A DNA stretch of 64,000 nt from the human T2T-CHM13v2.0 reference genome, Homo sapiens: NCBI RefSeq assembly GCF_009914755.1, contig NC_060934.1; one strand, given 5' to 3'. The notes beneath the pieces are model-generated. The model was not told the DNA's origin. It made no database searches and saw only the letters and a list, made by a program, of their open reading frames with translations. A program made the translations under genes and the position numbers. Shown here one piece after another: positions 26,072 through 38,900 of this stretch (the first letter of the stretch is position 1; every line of letters begins with the position of its first letter).

Positions 26072-29000
26072 GAATTCTCAGTAACTTCTTTGTGTTGTGT
26101 GTATTCAACTCACAGAGTTGAACCTTTCTTTAGAGAGAACAGAGTTGAAACACTCTGTTTTTGGAATTTGCAAGTGCAGATTTCAAGGGATTCTAGGCCT
26201 ATGGCAGAAAAGGAAATATCTTTGTATAAAAACTACACAGAATCATTCTCAACAACTACTTTGTGATGTGTGCGTTCAACTCACAGAGTTTAACCTTTCT
26301 TTTCATAGAGCAGTTTGGAAACACTCTGTTTGTAAAGCCTGCAAGTGCTTTTTTGGACTTCATTGAGGCCTTCGTTGGAAAAGGGATTTCTTCATATAAT
26401 GCTAGACAGAAGAATTCTCAGTCACTTCTTTGTGTTGTGTGTATTCAAGTCACAGAGTTGAACTTTTCTTTAGAGAGAGCAGAGTTGAAACACTCTTTTT
26501 GTGGAATTTGCTAGTGCAGATTTCAAACGCTTCGAAGACAGTGGTAGAAAAGGATATATCTTCGTATTAAAACTAGACAAAATCATACTCAGAAAACACT
26601 TTGTGATGTGTGTGTTCAACTCACAGAGTTTAACCTTTCTTTAATCGAGCAGTTTGGAAATACACTCTTTGTAAGTCTGCAGGTGGATAATTGGCCCTCT
26701 TTGAGCCCTTCGTTGGAAACGGGATTTCCTCATATAATGCTAGACAGAAGAATTCTCAGTAACTTCTTTGTGTTGTTTGTATTCAACACACAGATTTGAA
26801 CATTCCTTTAGAGAGAGCAGATTTGAAACACTCTGTTTTTGGAATTTGCAACTGCAGATTTCAAGCGCTTCTAGGCTTATGACAGAAAAGGAAATATCTT
26901 CCTATAAAAACTACACAGAATCATTGTCAACAACTACTTTGTGATGTGCGCGTTCAACTCACAGAGTTTAACCTTTCTTTTCATAGAGCAGTTTGGAAAC
27001 ACTCTGTTTGTAAAGCCTGCAAGTGCTTTTTTGGACTTCATTGAGGCCTTCGTTGGAAACGGGATTTCTTCATACAACGCTAGACAGAAGAATTCTCAGT
27101 AACTTCTTTGTGTTGTGTGTATTCAAGTCACAGAGTTGAACCTTCCTTTAGACAGAGCAGTTTTGAAAAATTCTTTCTGTGGAGTTTGCAAGTGGAGATT
27201 TCAAGCGATTTGAGGCTAATCTTTGAAATGGAAATATCTTCGTGTAAAAACTACATAGAAGCATTCTCAAAAACTGCTTTGTCATCTGTGCGTTCAGTTC
27301 ACAGAGTTTCACCTTTCTCTTCATAGAGCAGTTTGGAAAGACTATGTCTTTAAAGTCTGTAAGTGATTAGTTAGACCCCTTTGAGGCCTTCGTTGGAAGC
27401 GGGATTTCTCATTTACAGCTAGACAGAAGAATTCTCAGTAAATCCTTTGTGTTGTGTGTATTCAACTCACAGAGTGGAACCTTCCTTTATTCAGAGCAGT
27501 TTTGAAAAACACTTTTTGTGGAATTTGCAAGTGGAGATTTCAAGCGATTTTACGCCAATCTTAGACATGGAAATATCTTCATATTAAAAGTACACAGAGT
27601 CATTCGTAGAAACTAGTTTGTGATGTGTGCCTTCAACTCACAGAGTTTAACCTTTCTTTTCATAGAGCAGTTTGGAAACACTCTATTTGTAAAGTCTGCA
27701 AGTGGATATTTGGACCTCTTTGAGGCCTTCGTTGGAAACGGGATTTCTTCATACAACGCTAGACAGAAGAATTCTCAGTAACTTCTTTGTGTTGTGTGTA
27801 TTCAACTCACAGAGTTGAACCTTTCTTTAGAGAGAACAGAGTTGAAACACTCTGTTTTTGGAATTTGCAAGTGCAGATTTCAAGCGATTCTAGGCCTATG
27901 GCAGAAAAGGAAATATCTTTGTATAAAAACTACACAGAATCATTCTCAACAACTACTTTGTGATGTGTGCGTTCAACTCACAGAGTTTAACCTTTCTTTT
28001 CATAGAGCAGTTTGGAAACACTCTGTTTGTAAAGCCTGCAAGTGCTTTTTTGGACTTCATTGAGGCCTTCGTTGGAAACGGGATTTCTTCATATAATGCT
28101 AGACAGAAGAATTCTCAGTCACTTCTTTGTGTTGTGTGTATTCAAGTCACAGAGTTGAACTTTTCTTTAGAGAGAGCAGAGTTGAAACACTCTTTTTGTG
28201 GAATTTGCTAGTGCAGATTTCAAACGCTTCGAAGACAGTGATAGAAAAGGATATATCTTCGTATTAAAACTAGACAAAATCATTCTCAGAAAACACTTTG
28301 TGATGTGTGTGTTCAACTCACAGAGTTTAACCTTTCTTTAATCGAGCAGTTTGGAAATACACTCTTTGTAAGTCTGCAGGTGGATAATTGGCCCTCTTTG
28401 AGCCCTTCGTTGGAAACGGGATTTCCTCATATAATGCTAGACAGAAGAATTCTCAGTAACTTCTTTGTGTTGTTTGTATTCAACACACAGATTTGAACCT
28501 TCCTTTAGAGAGAGCAGATTTGAAACACTCTGTTTTTGGAATTTGCAAGTGCAGATTTCAAGCGATTCTAGGCTTATGATAGAAAAGGAAATATCTTCCT
28601 ATAAAAACTACACAGAATCATTCTCAACAACTACTTTGTGATGTGTGCGTTCAACTCACAGAGTTTAACCTTTCTTTTCATAGAGCAGTTTGGAAACACT
28701 CTGTTTGTAAAGTCTGCAAGTGCTTTTTTGGACTTCATTGAGGCCTTCGTTGGGAACGGGATTTCTTCATACAACGCTAGACAGAAGAATTCTCAGTAAC
28801 TTCTTTGTGTTGTGTGTATTCAAGTCACAGAGTTGAACCTTCCTTTAGACAGAGCAGTTTTGAAAAATTCTTTCTGTGGAGTTTGCAAGTGGAGATTTCA
28901 AGCGATTTGAGGCTAATCTTTGAAATGGAAATATCTTCGTGTAAAAACTACATAGAAGCATTCTCACTAACTGCTTTGTCATCTGTGCGTTCAGTTCACA

Positions 29001-29465
29001 GAGTTTCACCTTTCTCTTCATAGAGCAGTTTGGAAAGACTATGTCTTTAAAGTCTGCAAGTGATTAGTTAGACCCCTTTGAGGCCATCGTTGGAAGCGGG
29101 ATTTCTCATTTACTGCTAGACAGAAGAATTCTCAGTAAATCCTTTGTGTTGTGTGTATTCAACTCACAGAGTGGAACCTTCCTTTATTCAGAGCAGTTTT
29201 GAAAAACACTTTTTGTGGAATTTGCAAGTGGAGATTTCAAGCGATTTGACGCCAATCTTAGACATGGAAATATCTTCATATTAAAAGTACACAGAGGCAT
29301 TCTTAGAAACTAGTTTGTGATGTGTGCCTTCAACTCACAGAGTTTAACCTTTCTTTTCATAGAGCAGTTTGGAAACACTGTATTTGTAAAGTCTGCAAGT
29401 GGATATTTGGACCTCTTTGAGGCCTTCGTGGGAAACGGGATTTCTTCATATAACGCTAGACAGAA
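26072..29465 (+). repeat. Two tandem copies of a non-canonical 10-mer A-D-A'-B-C (1697 bp)
   Basis: ORF offsets 26097 to 27794, 26608 to 28305 and 27108 to 28805 are all 1697. Shared variants: TCTTTGTATA, AGGCTTATGA, CTTCCTATA, CATAGAAGC, CTATGTCTTT. Confidence 0.9.
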
Positions 29466-32400
29466 GAATTCTCAGTAACTTCTTTGTGTTGTGTGTATTC
29501 AACTAACCGAGTTGAACCTTTCTTTAGAGAGAGCAGAGTTGAAACACTCTTCTTGTGGAATTTGCTAGTGCAGATTTTAAACGCTTCGAAGACAGTGATA
29601 GAAAAGGATATATCTTCGTATTAAAACTAGACAAAATCATTCTCAGAAAACACTTTGTGATGTGTGTGTTCAACTCACAGAGTTTAACCTTTCTTTAATC
29701 GAGCAGTTTGGAAACACTCTGTTTGTAAAGCCTGCAATTGCTTTTTTGGACTTCATTGAGGCCTTCGTTGGAAAGGGGATTTCTTCATATAATGCTAGAC
29801 AGAAGAATTCTCAGTAAATCCTTTGTGTTGTGTGTATTCAACTCACAGAGTGGAACCTTCCTATATTCAGAGCAGTTTTGAAACACTCTTTTTGTGGAAT
29901 TTGCAAGTGGAGATTTCAAGCGATTTGACGCCAATCTTAGACATGGAAATATCTTCATATTAAAAGTACACAGAGTCATTCTTAGAAACTAGTTTGTGAT
30001 GTGTGCCTTCAACTCACAGAGTTTAACCTTTCTTTTCATAGAGCAGTTCGGAAACACTCTATTTGTAAAGTCTGCAAGTGGATATTTGGACCTCTTTGAG
30101 GCCTGCTTTGGAAACGGGATTTCTTCATATAACGCTAGACAGCAGAATTCTCAGTAACTTCTTTGTGTTGTGTGTATTCAACTCACAGAGTTGAACTTTT
30201 CTTTAGAGAGAGCAGAGTTGAAACACTCTTCTTGTGGAATTTGCTAGTGCAGATTTCAAACGCTTCGAAGACAGTGATAGAAAAGCGTATATCTTCGTAT
30301 TAAAACTAGACAATATCATTCTCAGAAAACACTTTGTGATGTGTGTGTTCAACTCACAGAGTTTAACCTTTCTTTAAACGAGCAGTTTGGAAATACACTC
30401 TTTGTAAGTCTGCAGGTGGATAATTGGCCCTCTTTGAGCCCTTCGTTGGAAACGGGATTTCCTCATATAATGCTAGACAGAAGAATTCTCAGTAACTTCT
30501 TTGTGTTGTTTGTATTCAACTCACAGATTTGAACCTTCCTTTAGAGAGAGCAGATTTGAAACAGTCTGTTTTTGGAATTTGCAAGTGCAGATTTCAAGCG
30601 CTTCTAGGCCTATGGCAGAAAAGGAAATATCTTCGTATAAAAACTACACAGAATCATTCTCAACAACTACTTTGTGATGTGTGCGTTCAACTCACAGAGG
30701 TTAACCTTTCTTTTCAGAGAGCAGTTTGGAAACACTCTGTTTGTAAAGCCTGCAAGTGCTTTTTTGGACTTCATTGAGGCCTTCGTTGGAAACGGGATTT
30801 CTTCATACAACGCTAGACAGAAGAATTCTCAGTAACTTCTTTGTGTTGTGTGTATTCAACTCACAGAGTTGAACCTTTCTTTAGAGAGAGCAGAGTTGAA
30901 ACACTCTGTTTTTGGAATTTGCAAGTGCAGATTTCAAGCGATTCTAGGCCTATGGCAGAAAAGGAAATATCTTCGTATAAAAACTACACAGAATCATTCT
31001 CAACAACTACTTTGTGATGTGTGCGTTCAACTCACAGAGTTTAACCTTTCTTTTCATAGAGCAGTTTGGAAACACTCTGTTTGTAAAGCCTGCAAGTGCT
31101 TTTTTGGACTTCATTGAGGCCTTCGTTGGAAACGGGATTTCTTCATATAATGCTAGACAGAAGAATTCTCAGTCACTTCTTTGTGTTGTGTGTATTCAAG
31201 TCACAGAGTTGAACCTTCCTTTAGACAGAGCAGTTTTGAAAAATTCTTTCTGTGGAGTTTGCAAGTGGAGATTTCAAGCAATTTGAGGCTAATCTTTGAA
31301 ATGGAAATATCTTCGTGTAAAAACTACACAGAATCATTCTCAGAAACTGCTTTGTCATCTGTGCGTTCAGTTCACAGAGTTTCACCTTTCTCTTCATAGA
31401 GCAGTTTGGAAAGACTCTGTCTGTAAAGTCTGCAAGTGATTAGTTAGACCCCTTTGAGGCCTTCGTTGGAAGCGGGATTTCTCATTTACTGCTAGACAGA
31501 AGAATTCTCAGTAAATCCTTTGTGTTGTGTGTATTCAACTCACAGAGTGGAACCTTCCTTTATTCAGAGCAGTTTTGAAACACTCTTTTTGTGGAATTTG
31601 CAAGTGGAGATTTCAAGCGATTTGACGCCAATCTTAGACATGGAAGTATCTTCATATTAAAAGTACACAGAGTCATTCTTAGAAACTAGTTTGTGATGTG
31701 TGCCTTCAACTCACAGAGTTTAACCTTTCTTTTCATAGAGCAGTTCGGAAACACTCTATTTGTAAAGTCTGCAAGTGGATATTTGGACCTCTTTGAGGCC
31801 TTCGTTGGAAACGGGATTTCTTCATATAACGCTAGACAGAAGAATTTTCAGTAACTTCTTTGTGTTGTGTGTATTCAACTCACAGAGTTGAACTTTTCTT
31901 TAGAGAGAGCAGAGTTGAAACACTCTTTTTGTGGAATTTGCTAGTGTAGATTTCAAACACTTCGAAGACAGTGATAGAAAATGGTATATCTTCGTATTAA
32001 AACTAGACAAAATCATTCTCAGAAAATACTTTGTGATGTGTGTGTTCAACTCACAGAGTTTAACCTTTCTTTAATCGAGCAGTTTGGAAATACACTCTTT
32101 GTAAGTCTGCAGGTGGATAATTGGCCCTCTTTGAGCCCTTCGTTGGAAACGGGATTTCCTCATATAATGCTAGACAGAAGAATTCTCAGTAACTTCTTTG
32201 TGTTGTTTGTATTCAACTCACAGATTTGAACCTTCCTTTAGAGAGAGCAGATTTGAAACACTCTGTTTTTGGAATTTGCAAGTGCAGATTTCAAGCGCTT
32301 CTAGGCCTATGACAGAAAAGGAAATATGTTCGTATAAAAACTACACAGAATCATTCTCAACAACTACTTTGTTATGTGTGCGTTCAACTCACAGAGTTTA

Positions 32401-35400
32401 ACCTTTCTTTTCATAGAGCAGTTTGGAAACACTCTGTTTGTAAAGCCTGCAAGTGCTTTTTTGGACTTCATTGAGGCCTTCGTTGGAAACGGGATTTCTT
32501 CATATAATGCTAGACAGAAGAATTCTCAGTCACTTCTTTGTGTTGTGTGTATTCAACTCACAGAGTTGAACCTTTCTTTAGAGGGAGCAGAGGTGAAACA
32601 CTCTTTTTGTGGAATTTGCTAGTGTTGATTTCAAACGCTTCGAAGACAGTGATAGAAAAGGATACATCTTCGTATTAAAAGTAGACAAAATCATTCTCAG
32701 AAAACTCTTTGTGATGTGTGTGTTCAACTCACAGAGTTTAACCTTTCTTTAATCGAGCAGTTTGGAAATACACTCTTTGTAAGTCTGCAGGTGGATATTT
32801 GGCCCTCTTTGAGCCCTTCGTTGGAAACGGGATTTCCTCATATAATGCTAGACAGAAGAATTCTCAGTAACTTCTTTGTGTTGTTTGTATTCAACTCACA
32901 GATTTGAACCTTCCTTTAGAGAGAGCAGATTTGAAACACTCTGTTTTTGGAATTTGCAAGTGCAGATTTCAAGCGCTTCTAGGCCTATGGCAGAAAAGGA
33001 AATATCTTCGTATAAAAACTACACAGAATCATTCTCAAGAACTACTTTGTGATGTGTGCGTTCAACTCACAGAGTTTAACCTTTCTTTTCATAGAGCAGT
33101 TTGGAAACACTCTATTTGTAAAGCCTGCAAGTGCTTTTTTGGACTTCATTGAGGCCTTCGTTGGAAACGGGATTTCTTCATATAATGCTAGACAGAAGAA
33201 TTCTCAGTCACTTCTTTGTGTTGTGTGTATTCAAGTCACAGAGTTGAACCTTCCTTTAGACAGAGCAGTTTTGAAAAATTCTTTCTGTGGAGTTTGCAAG
33301 TGGAGATTTCAAGCGATTTGAGGCTAATCTTTGAAATGGAAATATCTTCGTGTAAAAACTACACAGAATCATTCTCAGAAACTGCTTTGTCATCTGTGCG
33401 TTCAGTTCACAGAGTTTCACCTTTCTCTTCATAGAGCAGTTTGGAAAGACTCTGTCTGTAAAGTCTGCAAGTGATTAGTTAGACCCCTTTGAGGCCTTCG
33501 TTGGAAGCGGGATTTCTCATTTACTGCTAGACAGAAGAATTCTCAGTAAATCCTTTGTGTTGTGTGTATTCAACTCACAGAGTGGAACCTTCCTTTATTC
33601 AGAGCAGTTTTGAAAAACACTTTTTGTGGAATTTGCAAGTGGAGATTTCAAGCGATTTGACGCCAATCTTAGACATGGAAATATCTTCATATTAAAAGTA
33701 CACAGAGTCATTCCTAGAAACTAGTTTGTGATGTGTGCCTTCAACTCACAGAGTTTAACCTTTCTTTTCATAGAGCAGTTTGGAAACACTCTATTAGTAA
33801 AGTCTGCAAGTGGATATTTGGACCTCTTTGCGGCCTTCGTTGGAAACGGGATTTCTTCATACAACGCTAGACAGAAGAATTCTCAGTAACTTCTTTGTGT
33901 TGTGTGTATTCAACTCACAGAGTTGAAACTTTCTTTAGAGAGAGCAGAGTTGAAACACTCTGTTTTTGGAATTTGCAAGTGCAGATTTCAAGCGATTCTA
34001 GGCCTATGGCAGAAAAGTAAATATCTTCGCATAAAAACTACACAGAATCATTCTCAACAACTACTTTGTGATGTGTGCGTTCAACTCACAGAGTTTAACC
34101 TTTCTTTTCATAGAGCAGTTTGGAAACACTCTGTTTGTAAAGCCTGCAAGTGCTTTTTTGGACTTCATTGAGGCCTTCGTTGGAAACAGGATTTCTTCAT
34201 ATAATGCTAGACGGAAGAATTCTCAGTCACTTCTTTGTGTTGTGTGTATTCAAGTCACAGAGTTGAACCTTCCTTTAGACAGAGCAGTTTTGAAAAATTC
34301 TTTCTGTGTAATTTGCAAGTGGAGATTTCAAGCGATTTGAGGCTAATCTTTGAAATGGAAATATCTTCGTGTAAAAACTACACAGAATCATTCTCAGAAA
34401 CTGCTTTGTCATCTGTGCGTTCAGTTCACAGAGTTTCACCTTTCTCTTCATAGAGCAGTTAGGAAAGACTCTGTCTGTGAAGTCTGCAAGTGATTAGTTA
34501 GAACCCTTTGAGGCCTTCGTTGGAAGCGGGATTTCTCATTTACTGCTAGACAGAAGAATTCTCAGTAAATCCTTTGTGTTGTGTGTATTCAACTCACAGA
34601 GTGGAACCTTCCTTTATTCAGAGCAGTTTTGAAACACTCTTTTTGTGGAATTTGCAAGTGGAGATTTCAAGCGATTTGACGCCAATCTTAGACATGGAAA
34701 TATCTTCATATTAAAAGTACACAGAGTCATTCGTAGAAACTAGTTTGTGATGTGTGCCTTCAACTCACAGAGTTTAACCTTTCTTTTCATAGAGCAGTTG
34801 AGAAACACTCTATTTGTAAAGTCTGCAAGTGGATATTTGGACCTCTTTGAGGCCTTCGTTGGAAACGGGATTTCTTCATATAACGCTAGACAGAAGAATT
34901 CTCAGTAACTTCTTTGTGTTGTGTGTATTCAACTCACAGAGTTGAACCTTTCTTTAGAGGGAGCAGAGGTGAAACACTCTTTTTGTGGAATTTGCTAGTG
35001 CAGATTTCAAACGCTTCGAAGACAGTGATAGAAAAGGATATATCATCGTATTAAAAGTAGACAAAATCATTCTCAGAAAACTCTTTGTGATGTGTGTGTT
35101 CAACTCACAGAGTTTAACCTTTCTTTAATCGAGCAGTTTGGAAATACACTCTTTGTAAGTCTGCAGGTGGATATTTGGCCCTCTTTGAGCCCTTCGTTGG
35201 AAACGGGATTTCCTCATATAATGCTAGACAGAAGAATTCTCAGTAACTTCTTTGTGTTGTTTGTATTCAACACACAGATTTGAACCTTCCTTTAGAGAGA
35301 GCAGATTTGAAACACTCTGTTTTTGGAATTTGCAAGTGCAGATTTCAAGCGCTTCTAGGCCTATGGCAGAAAAGGAAATATCTTCGTATAAAAACTACAC

Positions 35401-35999
35401 AGAATCATTCTCAACAACTACTTTGTGATGTGTGCGTTCAACTCACAGAGTTTAACCTTTCTTTTCATAGAGCAGTTTGGAAACACTCTGTTTGTAAAGC
35501 CTGCAAGTGCTTTTTTGGACTTCATTGAAGCCTTCGTCGGAAACGGGATTTCTTCATATAATGCTAGACAGAAGAATTCTCAGTCACTTCTTTGTGTTGT
35601 GTGTATTCAAGTCACAGAGTTGAACCTTCTTTTAGACAGAGCAGTTTTGAAAAATTCTTTCTGTGGAATTTGCAAGTGGAGATTTCAAGCGATTTGAGGC
35701 TAATCTTTGAAATGGAAATATCTTCGTGTAAAAACTACACAGAATCATTCTCAGAAACTGCTTTGTCATCTGTGCGTTCAGTTCACAGAGTTTCACCTTT
35801 CTCTTCATAGAGCAGTTTGGAAAGACTCTGTCTGTAAAGTCTGCAAGTGATTAGTTAGACCCCTTTGAGGCCTTCGTTGGAAGCGGGATTTCTCATTTAC
35901 TGCTAGACAGAAGAATTCTCAGTAAATCCTTTGTGTTGTGTGTATTCAACTCACAGAGTGGAACCTTCCTTTATTCAGAGCAGTTTTGAAAAACACTTT

Positions 36000-38900
36000 T
36001 TGTGGAATTTGCAAGTGGAGATTTCAAGCGATTTGACGCCAATCTTAGACATGGAAATATCTTCATATTAAAAGTACACAGAGTCATTCGTAGAAACTAG
36101 TTTGTGATGTGTGCCTTCAACTCACAGAGTTTAACCTTTCTTTTCATAGAGCAGTTTGGAAACACTCTATTTGTAAAGTCTGCAAGTGGATATTTGGACC
36201 TCTTTGAGGCCTTCGTTGGAAACGGGATTTCTTCATACAACGCTAGACAGAAGAATTCTCAGTAACTTCTTTGTGTTGTGTGTATTCAACTCACAGAGTT
36301 GAACCTTTCTTTAGAGAGAGCAGAGTTGAAACACTCTGTTTTTGGAATTTGCAACTGCAGATTTCAAGCGATTCTAGGCCTATGGCAGAAAAGGAAATAT
36401 CTTCGTATAAAAACTACACAGAATCATTCTCAACAACTACTTTGTGATGTGTGCGTTCAACTCACAGAGTTTAACCTTTCTTTTCATAGAGCAGTTTGGA
36501 AACACTCTGTTTGTAAAGCCTGCAAGTGCTTTTTTGGACTTCATTGAGGCCTTCGTTGGAAACGGGATTTCTTCATATAATGCTAGACAGAAGAATTCTC
36601 AGTCACTTCTTTGTGTTGTGTGTATTCAAGTCACAGAGTTGAACCTTCCTTTAGACAGAGCAGTTTTGAAAAATTCTTTCTGTGGAATTTGCAAGTGGAG
36701 ATTTCAAGCGATTTGAGGCTAATCTTTGAAATGGAAATATCTTCGTGTAAAAACTACACAGAATCATTCTCAGAAACTGCTTTGTCATCTGTGCGTTCAG
36801 TTCACAGAGTTTCACCTTTCTCTTCATAGAGCAGTTTGGAAAGACTCTGTCTGTAAAGTCTGCAAGTGATTAGTTAGACCCCTTTGAGGCCTTCGTTGGA
36901 AGCGGGATTTCTCATTTACTGCTAGACAGAAGAATTCTCAGTAAATCCTTTGTGTTGTGTGTATTCAACTCACAGAGTGGAACCTTCCTTTATTCAGAGC
37001 AGTTTTGAAACACTCTTTTTGTGGAATTTGCAAGTGGAGATTTCAAGCGATTTGACGCCAATCTTAGACATGGAAATATCTTCATATTAAAAGTACACAG
37101 AGTCATTCGTAGAAACTAGTTTGTGATGTGTGCCTTCAACTCACAGAGTTTAACCTTTCTTTTCATAGAGCAGTTGGGAAACACTCTATTTGTAAAGTCT
37201 GCAAGTGGATATTTGGACCTCTTTGAGGCCTTCGTTGGAAACGGGATTTCTTCATATAACGCTAGACAGAAGAATTCTCAGTAACTTCTTTGTGTTGTGT
37301 GTATTCAACTCACAGAGTTGAACCTTTCTTTAGAGGGAGCAGAGGTGAAACACTCTTTTTGTGGAATTTGCTAGTGTAGATTTCAAACGCTTCGAAGACA
37401 GTGATAGAAAAGGATATATGTTCGTATTAAAAGTAGACAAAATCATTCTCAGAAAACTCTTTGTGATGTGTGTGTTCAACTCACAGAGTTTAACCTTTCT
37501 TTAATCGAGCAGTTTGGAAATACACTCTTTGTAAGTCTGCAGGTGGATATTTGGCCCTCTTTGAGCCCTTCGTTGGAAACGGGATTTCCTCATATAATGC
37601 TAGACAGAAGAATTCTCAGTAACTTCTTTGTGTTGTTTGTATTCAACACACAGATTTGAACCTTCCTTTAGAGAGAGCAGATTTGAAACACTCTGTTTTT
37701 GGAATTTGCAAGTGCAGATTTCAAGCGCTTCTAGGCCTATGGCAGAAAAGGAAATATCTTCGTATAAAAACTACACAGAATCATTCTCAACAACTACTTT
37801 GTGATGTGTGCGTTCAACTCACAGAGTTTAATCTTTCTTTTCATAGAGCAGTTTGGAAACACTCTGTTTGTAAAGCCTGCAAGTGCTTTTTTGGACTTCA
37901 TTGAGGCCTTCGTTGGAAACGGGATTTCTTCATATAATGCTAGACAGAAGAATTCTCAGTCACTTCTTTGTGTTGTGTGTATTCAAGTCACAGAGTTGAA
38001 CCTTCTTTTAGACAGAGCAGTTTTGAAAAATTCTTTCTGTGGAATTTGCAATTGGAGATTTTAAGCGATTTGAGGCTAATCTTTGAAATGGAAATATCTT
38101 CGTGTAAAAACTACACAGAATCATTCTCAGAAACTGCTTTGTTATCTGTGCGTTCAGTTCACAGAGTTTCACCTTTCTCTTCATAGAGCAGTTTGGAAAG
38201 ACTCTGTCTGTAAGTCTGCAAGTGATTAGTTAGACCCCTTTGAGGCCTTCGTTGGAAGCGGGATTTCTCATTTACTGCTAGACAGAAGAATTCTCAGTAA
38301 ATCCTTTGTGTTGTGTGTATTCAACTCACAGAGTGGAACCTTCCTTTATTCAGAGCAGTTTTGAAAAACACTTTTTGTGGAATTTGCAAGTGGAGATTTC
38401 AAGCGATTTGACGCCAATCTTAGACTTGGAAAAATCTTCATATTAAAAGTACACAGAGTCATTCGTAGAAACTAGTTTGTGATGTGTGCCTTCAACTCAC
38501 AGAGTTTAACCTTTCTTTTCATAGAGCAGTTTGGAAACACTCTGTTTGTAAAGTCTGCAAGTGCATATTTGGACCTCTTTGAGGCCTTCGTTGGAAACGG
38601 GATTTCTTCATACAACGCTAGACAGAAGAATTCTCAGTAACTTCTTTGTGTTGTGTGTATTCAACTCACAGAGTTGAACCTTTCTTTAGAGAGAGCAGAG
38701 TTGAAACACTCTGTTTTTGGAATTTGCAAGTGCAGATTTCAAGCGATTCTAGGCCTATGGCAGAAAAGGAAATATCTTCGTATAAAAACTACACAGAATC
38801 ATTCTCAACAACTACTTTGTGATGTGTGCGTTCAACTCACAGAGTTTAACCTTTCTTTTCATAGAGAAGTTTGGAAACACTCTGTTTGTAAAGCCTGCAA

